Part shown: positions 38,931 through 53,366 of the stretch, in pieces
How positions within the stretch are numbered: the first letter of the stretch is position 1
Layout of the letters: each line of letters opens with the position of its first letter
Assembly (NCBI RefSeq): GCF_006345805.1
Contig: NC_043009.1
Location: forward strand, 59,706,001 to 59,770,000
Origin: Octopus sinensis
Lineage: Eukaryota
Reading direction: 5' to 3'
DNA: 64,000 nucleotides
The notes under the pieces: model-generated
What the model saw: the letters and a program-made list of their open reading frames with translations, nothing else
Databases searched by the model: none
What the model was told of the DNA's origin: nothing
Made by a program: the position numbers and the translations under genes

Positions 38931-41361
38931 GATGATGATGATATGAAGATGATACACACATATATATACTCGCATATGTACACTCGTCTAAGAATCTGTA
39001 AGTCAGAAAAAATATGCTGTTGCATATTTGTCAATAGACTGGATATGTCTAGGCGCGTGCATTTGCATATGAGATGTTACACTTAAGACATGCACACACA
39101 CACACACATATTCACTGCTGAATTTTAGCTATTTTGAACATTTTCAATGACATGTACCTGCAGCCAAGCACATGCTTGAAGGAGAATTTTTTCCAAATGA
39201 TATTTATTGTGCTTATACTGCTGGTTGTCCATAAGAGATGATAATATCATGGGGCTAGCATATCAAAATTGTATACACTTTAGATATGATAAACGGCTAT
39301 TTTAATTTGACATAACTGATGAATTTCAGTCTTTTTTTGCCTTTCCACTGACCTGCTCACAGCCAACCACATGCTTGGGCAAGAATTCATTTTCTCTGAT
39401 GTAGGAAAGAATGAATAAAACATTTGCTGATATTGGGAACAGCCATGCAGCTGAATAAAAATTCAGTGTATGCAATTTATGCAATATTAAATTAAAATAG
39501 CTGTCTATGAATCATACTTAATACATACATATATATATACCTTGTTGATGTGCTGATTACTGCAATATTTTTCCTAAGAAAACATCTCTTATGGACATGG
39601 TCTGTTAAGAACACAAACCAAAATGCAACATATCGTCTTGCTGGCAGCTGCTTCTGGGACAAAGTTTCATCTTCCCTGGTATTTATTGTGTTTTTATCAC
39701 AGAGCCCACAAGAAATGTTATTCCAGGATGAATACTGTAGTAACTGGCCCATTAACAGTCTATATACATGAAGTATAAATCATAGATGTATATACACAAT
39801 ACATATATATATATATATTATATAATATGTGTATATATATATATATATATATCATATAATATATGTATATATATATATTATATATTATATGAATATATAT
39901 ATATATATGTATATATATATATTATATAATATATGTATGTATATATATATATATATATAGTATGTTCTTTATACAGTATGATAAAATAAGAAGGGGAGAC
40001 AAAACAGAATTATCTCATTATATAATTCTTTACATATATCTCAGTAATAGATTTTAGATGGTTACACATTTTGTACCAAGATGTAAAGTTATCCCAATTT
40101 CACAATTTCAGTAAAAAAAGATATTAAAATAAAAAAAAAGTGATTGAATTAATTTTTCTTTAATTATTTTCTTTCCCTGAAAAACACACTGTCTAACGAC
40201 CATCTTTAAAGTATTACTGAAACTTTTAAAACTTATATTTAAATAACGATGTGACTGAATAAACGTTTTCGTTTTCCTTTGTTATTTAATCACTGTATTC
40301 TTACACTACGACCACATCATCCTAAACACCTGCATCCTATGAATGTATATGCATAAGCACGGATACATTGTTGTGAGTAAATGTGTTGGAATGCGGTATA
40401 ACATATTGCGCTCTTAACAAATAGTCGTGTGTCTTGTGCCATGTTAAGGCATATCATTAACAAATTTTATACTGATATATATATTATATATATATATATA
40501 TTATATATATATATATATTATACTATATATTATATTATATATATAGTTGTCTGTATATACTTAACTCTCTTTTATTTATGTGTTAGCTATTGTTAATGTA
40601 TTTTTTGTATTTTGTTTTACCATCACTCTGTGTTAGATAATATATAATTCCTTGTCTTGGTATGAATATAATTTTGATGATGATGATCACGATGATGCTG
40701 CAGATGATTTATTATTATTATTAATACTTCTATTATTATTATTATTATTATTATTATTTTTTATTATCATTATTATTATTTTTTTTATTATTATTATTAT
40801 TATTATTGCTGTTGTCGTTATTATATTAGTGTTATTGTTATGACAATCGTACTGTTGATAATGGTGATGATGATAATACTTAGAAAAATATTTTGCTTAT
40901 ATGCATTTTTTTTTTTGTCTTTCCCCCCATTTGCATGTAAGGTCATGTTCCTTTATCGGTAATTCTGTTCCAACATAGCAAAGGATAACGGAAGAGTCGG
41001 TGGAGCGACTTCAATGGACAAAATAAGCAACAGAATTATAGTTACGAGTCTTTATCTACTTAACTTCATTATCCTGCTATGGCCAGTTTTATCATTCATT
41101 TTTTCAGGCTCTCCAAAACCATGTACCAGTAATATACCAGGATTAATTTAATCAACTATGCCCCGCTTCCCTTTTTTTTATTCTGTTATACACATGTCAC
41201 ACCCTCTACCTCCATTTTCTGATTCATCATTGCAATGTTTTCTATTCCATGCCCTTGTGGCAACAATTAACATAATTATTTTTATTTGTTAATATTATTT
41301 GTTTGATTAATAATATTATCAAATTTTATTATCATTATTATTATTATTTTTATTATTATTA

Positions 41362-41403
<42 letters not shown>

Positions 41404-42738
41404 TATTATTATTACTATTATTGTCTTCATTATTCTACTTTTCGTTTTTCAGATATAAAATGAGTTTGTAAACATTTTTTTTTATTGTAAGATTTGTGTG
41501 GGTATATAAGTGTCTATGTGTGTGTGTGTGTGTGTGTGCATGTAAGGTGGATGTATGTTTGCTTACACGTATGTGTGCGTGTGTGTATCATACATATCTT
41601 CATGTATGTATATGTATGTGTGCATATGCACATATATATTTGTGTATATATAGATATATATATATATATATATAACACGTGTGTGTGTGTGTGATTTATG
41701 TTGAATGTGGGGCTTTTCTTTCCCCTATGATTTATTCATAAATTTTCACTTGCTATGGCTGCGGAATTTTTTTTTTTAACTGCTCTAAACAGCTTTTACC
41801 TGTGTTTATATAACAATGTGTGTATGAAGTTCTTTTCAAGAATTCTTTTTTTTTTTTTTGGTTCATTTTGCATGTATGTTTTACCATTTACATAAATCAG
41901 AAAAAAAAAATTTTTAAATCAAAATTCATCATCGTATCTTATTAACAACCATCCCCGCCGCCAACACCTTCAGCATTGCCAATACCACTACCACCACCGG
42001 CATTGTCATCAGCATCATCGTCGTCATCATCATCATCATCGTCATTAACATCGTCATCGTCATCGTCATGATTATCACTCACATGGTATTGTCATCCTCA
42101 CCATTAATTGTATGTATGTTATTTTCATTGTCATCACCATGGCCACCATCATCTACCATCATCATCATCATCAATATCATCACCATTATCAGCAATGATA
42201 ATACTGGTATTTATTGCTTTTATCATCCTTGTCATCATCATCATTATCATCATCATCAACATCATCATCATCATCTTATGTATATATATTTATATTTTTA
42301 TCATTTATATATATGCACATATATATATTATGCATATATATATATAATATATATATATATATAATATATATATATACACATATATATATATTTCATTCAG
42401 GACTTCTTTTTTTGTGTGTCTCTCTTTAAAAAGATGCTTGAATTTTCAGATTTTGAAAACAAAATGTGTATTTTTTGACATGCTTTTGCCCTCGTTGTGA
42501 TAAATACTTCCCCGTTTTGGTTTTATTTTCAATTATTTTCACATTCTTTTTTCTGTATAGTCATGTCTGTTTCATTGATTTTTATCAAGGAAAAAAAAAT
42601 TTTACATAAATTACTCTTTTTTCCCAATTTTTTTTCATTATATATGCACACACACACACACATACATACATACACTTGAGTTATCAAAAGCTTTTAAGGG
42701 TTTTTCATCCCTCCCCTAATACTTGATGGAAGTATTTA

Positions 42739-42795
<57 letters not shown>

Positions 42796-43848
42796 TCACA
42801 TATACGTATACATATATTTATATAGCAGCTATGACCTTCTTGCTTCAGTTAGTTAGGTTACTAGACTATCATAAATTCACCTTTTAAATGTAGGAATTTA
42901 TGTATGTATGTGAGTCTGTTTATATCGTTGCACACAAAAGTGAATATGTATGTTTTCAAATAAAGTGTGTTTGTGTGTGTAGAGTTCGGTTTTTTTCATA
43001 CCCGAATATGTCAATACGTTTTTTATTGATATCTTGATTCAGGTCCATTATGAAATATATTTGTCAAAAGTTGTTTTCTATAGAAAAAATTTTTTTTTAA
43101 TAAAGCAGTATGGGGCCCTTATAAATGAAGGTTGTTTTTTTTGTTAATTGTGTTTTTTGGTCACCTTTACAAGGTTGTTTTAGAAAGAATGTTGTAAAAT
43201 ATACATCTATCTATCCATCTTTCAAATAATCTCTTTCTCTCTTTATCTATCTATCTATCTACCTATCTATGAGTGAGTGTGTGTGTGTGTGTGTTTATGT
43301 GTCTGTATGTGTGTAAGTAAAAAATACACGTACACATACAAACATATATGTCTCAATTGGGTGAAGATTGTTTTGGTGTTTACTTATTTTTCACTTGTTT
43401 GTTTGTTGTTTTTGCATGTATATCATGTATGTGTTGATGCATGTAGGTGTTTTAATTATTAGATGATTCCATTTTTAATTGGTTGTAGGTTTTCTTCTCA
43501 TATTGTATTTTGGGTTATTTTTATTTATTCATCTTCATCATCATCATTGTTATTATTATTATTATTATCATTATTATTATTATTATTATTATCATTATTA
43601 TTATTATTATTATTATTACCATTATTGGCATTGAGCTGGCAGAAGCGTTAGCATGCCAGACGAAATGCTTAATGGCATTTTACCTGTATTTACGTTCTGA
43701 GTTCGAATGCCACTGAGCTCAACTTTGCCTTACATCCCTTGAGGGTCGATGAAATAAGTACCAGTTGAGCACTGGGGTCAAAGTAATTGACTAGGCCTTT
43801 CCACAAAAATTTCAGACCTTGTGCCTATAGCAGAAAGGATCATTATTA

Positions 43849-43892
<44 letters not shown>

Positions 43893-43931
43893 GTTTTATT
43901 ATTATTAAGGCAATTAGCTGGTAGAATCGTT

Positions 43932-44810
43932 ATAATAATAATAATAATAATAATAATAATTGTGTACAGTGCTCAGGTGCACTACAACTCATCTAAAGTG
44001 TATATATAATCAGGTGTAGTTTCGGCGGATTTCGGAAAGCATGAGGGCCTTAAAAGATGCAGTGTCATGGCAGTCAACAACTGACGCAGGCAGTTTATTC
44101 CATGCTTCAGCAACTCTGAGCGTGAAAAAATGTTTCCGAAAGTCATGGGAGCTGTATTGTTTTCTGACTTTGTAGGCATGTCCACGTGTGTTAGACACAT
44201 GGAGATCAAAAAGGTGTTCAGTGTTGTTGTTGGTGAGGTGGTTGATAACTTTGTGGGTGTTTACCAAGTCCGTCGCCAAACGCCGGAGCTTCAGTGAATC
44301 CATGCCCAGGGAAACAAGGCGCTCAGAATATGGTAGGTGTCTGATGGAGGGTATGCGTTTGGTTGCACGTCTCTGGACAGATTCCAGGAGGTCAATGTTC
44401 TGTGCAAGATAGGGGTTCCAAACTGATGATGCGAATTCCAAGTGTGGTCGTACCATAGCTGTATACAGTTTTAAATAGATGGCTGGAGAGCGGCTAACAA
44501 AAGACCTGCTGAGTGATGCCAAGACACCCTCGGCCTTCCTGACAATTTTAGAGATATGCTTTGACCAACGCAAATCACTGCTGACAGTGATGCCTAGGTC
44601 ACGCTCGCAAGAGGATTTCTTGATATCAGTGTTGTGGAGGGAGTAAGTGAACGCAGGGTTTTTCTCCCAAAATGCATGGTGGTACACTTGTCCACAGCCA
44701 GTTTCAGTTGCCAGTCTGTGATCCATTGCTGCATTGTGTCTAGGTCTGATTGCAGGAAAGAGTTGTAGACATCAGGATCTGTCCTCTTGATTTCAAGGTA
44801 CAGCTTGTCT
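43932..44810 (-). mobile_element. 5'-truncated CR1-type LINE, RT C-terminal half, inserted in a family A SINE
   Basis: DKLYLEI...DLDTMQQWITDWQLKL..DKC (frameshift) ERDLGITVSSDLRWSKHI...VRPHLEFASSVWNPY...LESVQRRATK...FFTLRVAEAWNKLP; (ATT)n tail. Confidence 0.92.
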
Positions 44811-47800
44811 CAAAGGAAGTGCTTAATGGCATTTCTTCCTACCCTTTGTATTCTCAGTTCAAATTCCACCAAAGTTCACTTCCTCTTTCATCCTTTGATG
44901 AAAAAATAAAATGAAGTACCAGTCAATTACTGGTATCGGTTCACTAGCCCCCACCCTGCTAAAGGTGTTATCATTGTGTCAAAAGTTGAAGCAATTATTA
45001 CCATTGTTTTGCATAAACAAGTTGCCAGACTGGTAGAATCATTACAGCACCAAACAAAATGCTTAGCAATACTTTGTTCAAGTCCTTCTGGCGTTGACCC
45101 TGCTTTTCATCCTAGCGGTGAGAGATGGGGGGGGGGAGGTCGATGAAATAAGTACCAGTTGTTCACTGGGGTTGATCTGACTGACTCATCCCTTCCCCTG
45201 AAATTTCTGGCCTTGTGCCATAATTTTGCATAAACAGAATTATGGTCTAACCTCAATCAATTTCACCAACTTAATTGTAATAAAAAATACTTGCTCAGAC
45301 AGCATACAAGGGATCAAATCCTAACTCTTGATTTCCATTACACCTCTAATATCAACACTGCCGCTATAACCAAGACAACTCTAAATTACCTCAGTCCATC
45401 TAGCTGTAAATAGACGCCATACACTGACACAGCAGCAACACTGTATAATAATTTAACCTTCTTCAGTAGTCTAGAACTCTCAAACCACCTTAGAAAGGCC
45501 ATTGCTGGTATAGTCAATTAGGTGCCAGACTACCAATTACCAAAATCTGGGCCAGTCTTCATAATCTTTTTCAGAGCTTCTGAGGGTCATGGAATGAAGG
45601 AAGTAATCCTCAGACTATACTAAAGAAAAATAAGGACCAGATGATAGCATGTTCAGATCCACAGGGCAGTGTGTGTGGCACAACCAGTAGACCCATAGTG
45701 TGTGGCACAGTCAGCTGTCTCATAGGAAAATGCACTGTATAACCATGGTTCCTCAGGATAATGTACATTGAAATCATTAGATCAACAGGGATGTCTGTGG
45801 AATAATTAGTAGAGTCATAGTACAATGTATGGCACATGATCCATAGAATATCAGAGGCTTTGAGGAATTTCATTACTTACATTTACAGCCTTCTATTTCA
45901 AATAAATCAGAACTGGCTCTACCCTTTCACCATTCCAGAGTCAATAAAATGAGCAACAACTGACTGGTTTATTGAGTCCCTTTTTGAGGTTTTGAGGTTG
46001 TCCCTATGAAATACTGGACTCTTTGTTATCTCCCAAATTTCTCCCCGAAAGTTTTTTGTTTGTATTTTAGAAATCATTATTGTCAATTGGGGCAAAGAAC
46101 TGGTCAGATTGGTAAATGATCAGGCATAATGCCTAGTGGTATTGAACTGCCTCCTTTTATTGTTCTCTGTTCAAATCCCATAAAGGTTAACTTTGCATTT
46201 CATCATTCCAAGGTTGATAAACTAAAGTACCCATAATGTACTAGAGTTATAATCTGTAATAAGCAGGGCTGATTTGAACTCAGAACCTATGTTCTCCCAA
46301 AATGTGTAGCACCATCACTATCTTAGATATATTTATTATTATTGTTTTAATTGTATTTCCTTTTTTTATTTTCATTTTGTGTTTCTGTTTTGTATTAGTC
46401 ATGGTTAAAATAGATTTGAAATTGATCCCTACAGAATTAGATTATAATTAATAATTATTTATTATTTACAACAAACCTATCATTTTTCAAATTCTGGTTT
46501 CTGACTCTTTGGAAAACTTGCTACGGCAATAAGTCATCAGGTTGGCAGAGCTTCTGGGTTATGATTGAGAATATTCTTAGATGATGTATTGAGTATTTGA
46601 TGGCCTTTCAAAATCCCACTGTATTATATAGAGACAAGGAGTATTCTTGACAAAATATGCTATAATAGTTAGTTTTTCTATATTTTTCCTACATTCTGAA
46701 CTCAAATTCTGCTGCTGTTAACTTTGATTTTCAATTCACTCAGGATTCTGTAAAATAAATACCAGCTGTTTATTGGGAGTCAGTTGAATTTATTGTACAT
46801 CTCACTAGATATCTACTATAAAAGGTTTTGTTAAACACTACTTTACAATAGAGGACAGTGGACAAACAGGAGTGTTGAATGCACAGATGTACTGGACACA
46901 CAGAAACATATGTAGCTATACACACTAGATACATAAATGTATTCAATATACAGATGTACTATACATACAGACATAATGGACATACAAACATGCTAGACAC
47001 GCAGGTATGCTCAAATCTCAGATATACAGGACACAATTGTTCTAGCTTACAGATGAACTAGGTACACAGTCGTACTAGTTGCAGTTGAACAAGATATGCA
47101 TTTGCTAGGCATACCAATGTACTAAACACAGAATAATGTACTGGAGAAAATCTGACCCAGCTAAATTCTACTTCTAACACAGTTTCAATGTTTCATCCAC
47201 TGCTCCACTAAACCTATCATGCGAAGGTACTGAGTTCAGTCCTACCCAAAGATTAACCGACCATGTATAAAGATATATAGACATCATATCAATAGAGCAG
47301 TGTTGCCTTAAAGATGAAGCCATCCATGTTACTGTAACACAACAATTTGTTTTGTACATCATATACTCAACCTCTTTGATCCATAGTCTGGCATTCCACC
47401 AGTTATGAAGATGAGGGTTCCTGTTGATCCAATCAATGGAACAGCTTGCTCGTGAAATTAATGTTCAAGTGGCTGAGCACTCCACAGACATGAGTATCTT
47501 TAACATAGTTCTCAAGGAGCTTCAGCATGACACGGAAAATGAAAAGGCTGGCCCTTTGAAATATAAGCCATGCGCCACTTCATAATGAAGGTACAACATA
47601 GTCAGTCCCAGTTGAAACCAGAAGTACAGAATGTCTTGGATGTAAGGTAACCAAATGTTTTGTGCACTTAGCATCAGGCTGGTTACCTCTATTTGCACTA
47701 TTTGTCAGCAACAATAATAATGACGACAACAATATCAGTGGCCTGAATAAAGCACCAAGCTGGCAGAATAGTTTGCACTCTGGACAAAATGCTTGGTGGC

Positions 47801-48416
47801 ACTTCGTCTTCTTTACGATCTGAGTTCAAATTCCACTGAGGGAGACTTTTTCTTTCATCCTTTCAGGGTCGATATTAAAAGTATCAGTCGAGTACTGGGG
47901 GGTCAATGTAATCAACTTTGCTCCCCTTCCAAAATTGCTGGCCTTGTGCCAAAATTTGAAACCAATATTATTGGCCTGAGTTAGTTGTTACTGCTTCATA
48001 ATTGGTTTGCCCATTTTAAGTTACTACAGCAACATGAGTTCCAATAATAATAGTCATAATAATAATAATAATAGTAATAATAATAATAATGCCATTAACA
48101 ACAACAACAACAAAAATTAGCCACCTTAATTAGTTTATTTTATAATTCATTTATGGATGTTTTTTTTTCTTCCACCCCCTTCAAAATTTTTCTAAAAATC
48201 ATTTTCCATTTCTTATTTTTATTTTCATTTTCATTTTTTTCTTTGTTTGGTCTTCCTATGTTTACTGTCTTGCATTCTCTTGGATCTTCCCTGTCTGTGT
48301 GTTAAAAGTTAATTAATCATTGGGTTATAAATTTGAGACTATTTTATAATTAGTAAAAATGATTTTTGTGTCTCAGAACCTTGGTAACTATGTAATAAAA
48401 CCCAAGTGACAGTCAG

Positions 48417-48443
48417 TACCAATACTAGAACTCTTAAACATGG
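48417..48443 (+). CDS. Candidate 27-nt microexon: (V)PILELLNM
   Basis: Consensus ATGG|gtaagt donor; cagtcag| acceptor with weak pyrimidine tract; phase 1-1; peptide resembles the vertebrate FAT1/FAT3 insert. Confidence 0.4.
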
Positions 48444-48875
48444 GTAAGTCATTCAACAATAACCCTGCACACTTTCCGGCAATTCCTACTTTCAGTTTTT
48501 TTTTTATATTTTTGGTTTTTTTTGGCATTTTTGTATTATTATTATTATTATTATTAGTGTTATTATTACTATTATGATTGTTGTTGTTGTTGTTGCTATA
48601 TTTTTATGTTAGTTTTCTTTAAATTAAAAAAGAAAATTTTTTTTTCCTCTTTAGTTCAATCACTGCTGTTTTAGTTTTTAACTTTGTGTATGTGTGTATG
48701 TACATATACATATATATTTTATATATATATACGTTTGTATGTATATACACACATAAACAGGTGTGTGTATTTACAATGATGGAACCTGCTGTTTTGCAAC
48801 ATTAAAGAGCACCTATTCAGTTTCCCCCCGCTTGATTCTAGCTGTTTATTATCAACGCATTTTGCTATATATAGG

Positions 48876-48915
<40 letters not shown>

Positions 48916-48997
48916 CACACATACATATATATATACATACATATATATATAATAAATCTCTGAACGAGGTATAAACAGTAGCTGCACGACAATGTGA

Positions 48998-49348
48998 AGT
49001 ATATTTGCCACTTAAATGTGGCTAACCACTAAGGGTGGATGCTACTGTAGCTTGTAGCCCCAGGAGAACATCTTCTCCAGCTGGCTATTGACGCACTTTC
49101 TGTGCCTTATCAGTATTTTCGCATTGAAGACCGGTGATTGTCGTGCGCTGACAAAGGGTAAATACCCAGAAACCCGGGTTCGTGCGTATCACGTCAGGTC
49201 GACGATGGGAAGGATGGCTTCCCTTTGCAAATACTGATAGGGCACAGAAAGTGTGTCAATAGCCAGCTGGAGAAGATGTTCTCCTGGGGCTACAAGCTAC
49301 AGTAGCATCCACCCTTAGTGGTTAGCCACATTTAGATGGCAAATATAC

Positions 49349-49349
<1 letters not shown>
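48998..49349. mobile_element. Foldback element with ~120-bp inverted arms
   Basis: agtatatttgcca...ggctaaccactaagggtggatgctactg...atcagtattt / aaatactgat...cagtagcatccacccttagtggttagcc...tggcaaatatact. Confidence 0.88.
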
Positions 49350-49375
<26 letters not shown>

Positions 49376-49379
<4 letters not shown>

Positions 49380-49654
49380 AAAATCATGTGTGTAACAACA
49401 AAAACGTAGACCTCGTTATTGAAATGGAGGAATATATATTTGATATAAGATACAAGCACGGTACACTCGCGCACAGTGCTTGGAGTTTCTCCAGTAGCCC
49501 CACATGTGGAGTTATCCAATTTCTAGGCATTAAATACCAATTTAAAGTTGGATAGCTTCATATCCACAGCTGCCCAAGAAACCCTGAGTACTGATTATTA
49601 ATGTTCCATGCTTATATTTTATATTTTGTACATATATATATATGCATATGTATG

Positions 49655-49688
<34 letters not shown>

Positions 49689-49983
49689 ATATATATATTA
49701 TATATATATGTCCAAAATCATGTGTGTAACAACAAAAACGTAGACCTCGTTATTGAAATGGAGGAATATATATTTGATATAAGATACAAGCACGGTACAC
49801 TCGCGCACAGTGCTTGGAGTTTCTCCAGTAGCCCCACATGTGGAGTTATCCAATTTCTAGGCATTAAATACCAATTTAAAGTTGGATAGCTTCATATCCA
49901 CAGCTGCCCAAGAAACCTGAGTACTGATTATTAATGTTCCATGCTTATATTTTATATTTTGTACATATATATATATGCATATG

Positions 49984-50043
<60 letters not shown>
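49376..50043. repeat. Direct tandem duplication, ~334-bp unit x2
   Basis: gtccaaaatcatgtgtgtaac starts at 49376 and 49710; TA repeats at the junctions. Confidence 0.9.
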
Positions 50044-53000
50044 GTGTGTGTATGTACATATACATATGCACACACAATGTTCACTACATAATTTTTTGAG
50101 TTTTTCGGAGGGTTTTTGTCTGTGTGTGTGTGTTTGTATGTGTTGTTCTTTAGTTTGGAATAAATTTCTTATAGGAGAATCTTTTATACTTTCTAATACC
50201 CACCTGGATGATGTAGTTGATGTAGATGATGTAGAAAATGATGATGATGATGATGATGATAATGATGGTGATGATGATGATGGTGATCGTAGCGGTGGTA
50301 CTGTTGTAATTTTCGTGTACATGCATAGTTGTTATAGAAATGGTGGCCAGTGAACAATCAGACGCGACTGTCCTAACCCACAACCAATGCTGAGGTTTAC
50401 TACCACCATTCATTGTACCAGTAATACACTGAGGGGTCAGTAGCCTACTGGACAAGAATGTTGTTACTCTTAGTTTAGAAAGAACGTGTACACTGATTCA
50501 CTATGTACACTTTCGGAAATAATAATAATAATAACAATAATAATAGATATTCAATGCTGAGTGGAGATAAAGCTGAAGATTTAAAGAAAATGGAAATAAT
50601 GAAATAGTGTTATACGAGATTACCATTGACTAGAAATTTTAAGAACTTTATAATAATTATCCAAGAAAGAAATTAAATAGGTTTATTCCTTGCATCTTAT
50701 GTATTTCTTAATTTCAAATTCAAATTTGTAATCCCACCAAATATTATGAAGAAATGGTTATCTCCCTTGTTTTAACTGCCTGCTAGGGGACTCCGTATAT
50801 TTGGAAAAAATATTACAAATATTTTCATCTCTAAAGATGATGTGAATAGTTCAGGAAAGCTCAAGTAATGATCTTGTCAGGTTGCCAGGTCATAAAAGCT
50901 CTTCTAGTAATAAAGAAACTACTAAAGCTATAAACATTTGTAGTACTAAAACTACTGAAGTTATAAACTGTTATTGCAGTAATTATAATAACTTTTCACA
51001 TAGAGCTGGCAGAATTGTTAGCACGCCGGGCAAAATGCTTAGCGGTATTTCATCTGCCATTACATTCTGAGTTCAAATTCCACCGAGGTCGACTTTGCCT
51101 TTCATCCTTTCAGGGTCAATTAAATAAATACCAGTCAATCACTGGGGTCGATATAATCGACTTAATCCCCTTGTCTGTGCTTGTTTGTCCCCTCTTGTGG
51201 GCAATAAAGAAATATATAATAACTTTTTACTTAGATATACGTCCAGAAATTTGCAAGAGTATTTCATCGGTTATGCTGCCCTCAGTCCCTGACTAGTACT
51301 TTATTTTATTTTATTGGTGACTGAAGGATTAAAGGCACAGATTATCTCAAGCAGGGTTTGAATGTAAAGTCAGAATGTAAAGATCCAACTAAACTACTAT
51401 AGTTATAAACTACTGTAATAATAAAACCACTCTAGTTATAGACTATTAGCAAAGGGATCCTGTAGTTATAAATTATTATAGTAATAAAGAATCAGTAGAG
51501 TTATAACCTACTGTAATTATAGACTATTCTAGTAAGGAAATCACAGTAGTTATACATTATTTTAGTAATGGAACTACTCTCACAATACACTACTTAATAA
51601 AACCACTGTTATAATAACTTATTGTATTCAAAGGCCTCTGGAGTTATAGTCTGTTATAATAATAAAGAAACATAGTCATTCTAAAATACTTTTATAGAAT
51701 AAGGTAAAATTCTGAATTGAGATTTTCACCTTATAATACAAGTATTTTATTTGTGTACTGTTGTTATAGCCAACATCACTTCTAGATAACAGCAGAAGGA
51801 CTCTCTGTGTTCTTTTCTTCAGTACAAAGCCTTACTCCAACTTGTCAAACTTGCTTATATTTTCCCGACTCCATCATACTAGCTTTCATAAACCCACATA
51901 AAATTCGAGAGGGGTTTTAGCTGAACATTTAACCCATTTATATCAACAGAAGAGTATCATTAATGAGTTCTTAGGTTTCCAGCAATGTCCTGCAAAATGC
52001 AAGCATTTCTCTGTATTGATGTCAATAAGCATTGTCATATAATCTTTGTATGCTCAGATACTTTTTCTACAAGATAGTCTAAAAACATTAGAATTTTCCT
52101 TCTAACTACCACATCTATGCTAGGTGTAAACTATTCTAGTTATAAGTTCTTGTAATAACTCATCTCAAAATTCTAGACTAGATGGAGCTTTAGGGATCAA
52201 TTAAAAAGGAATCTGTTTAAATTTTCTGTTTGAATTTTTAAAGAAATCAGAGGACGATTTGAAATGAAAATAAGGTCATTGTTTCATTAATATGGCCCAA
52301 TTAAACTCAGCACTTGGTGCTGATAAGACATTCTTGGTTAATTAATTCAAGTATTTGATGCCATCCATTTGTTGCTTTCAAGAAAGCTGGGTCTTTAAGA
52401 TCAATTATAGACTAAAACACACAGTGAGAATTTTAAAAGTGTTTTCAATTCTACTTCATCTATATCTCGACAGACACACACATACATACATACATAAGCA
52501 GGCATGTATCAGCACTCATACATATTATGTTAAAATAACTCATTACACAAATCCATTGTTATGAAACTAAAACGAAAAAGAGCTGATGTGTGCCTGTAGA
52601 TGCTCAGTCATAGCTTACACACTGTGAAGAACGTTTGTAAATATACACTATACATGGAGAATACAAACATACTTGGACTTTCTGTGGAGATAATTTGAGG
52701 GGTTTTTTTTTTAAACCATAAGATTTAATATTCCTCCTCAGGTCACCCTAAAATGCCCTTAAGTATGTTTTCTGATTCAGTTATAGGCACATTATAAATA
52801 TTCATTTTTGTACAGAGCTGAGAGAGGCTTAAAAAATATATAGTAAGATTAACTTTACAATTAAGCTATACATAACTTACCTTTTCATTATATTTATGTA
52901 AACATAACTATATCTTTCTGTGACTATTGATTCAAGTTTAAAGTTTAACTTAACATGCATACTTAGGCATACTGGATCTGATGAGGATGAAAGGAAATCT

Positions 53001-53345
53001 GCTATTTACTATAGTGTAATACTTGTTCATATACTCTCATTAACTTTAGTTTTTAATACCCAAATAACTCCCCACAGCAAGACTAAGTATGTTTCACTTG
53101 GTATTTGGTTGAACTGGTGATATAAAATTTCATAAAACAATCAAAATGTCAGAATTTTTTCAAAGTCCTGATGGTTTGTGGCTACCGTTTCTTTCGAGTT
53201 TTGGTATGGTATGATTGTTGTTCTGTGTTCTTTTTGCAGCTATGTCTTCATAGCTTACTAACACTGCATCATTATGATTATTATTATTATTAGTATTATT
53301 GTATTTTCTATTTTTCCGTTTTTGTTTTTTTTTTTCCTTTCACAG

Positions 53346-53366
53346 TGAATCGGGATAAAAGAAAAG
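53346..53366 (+). CDS. Candidate 21-nt microexon of the FAT-like tail: (V)NRDKRK
   Basis: Long U tract + cctttcacag| acceptor, AAG|gtagtt donor, phase 1-1, open frame. Confidence 0.55.

Noticed and set aside
52971-53005. CTGATGAG...GAAA hammerhead-like string
   Set aside because: No stem II pairing between the core and GAAA, and no stem I.
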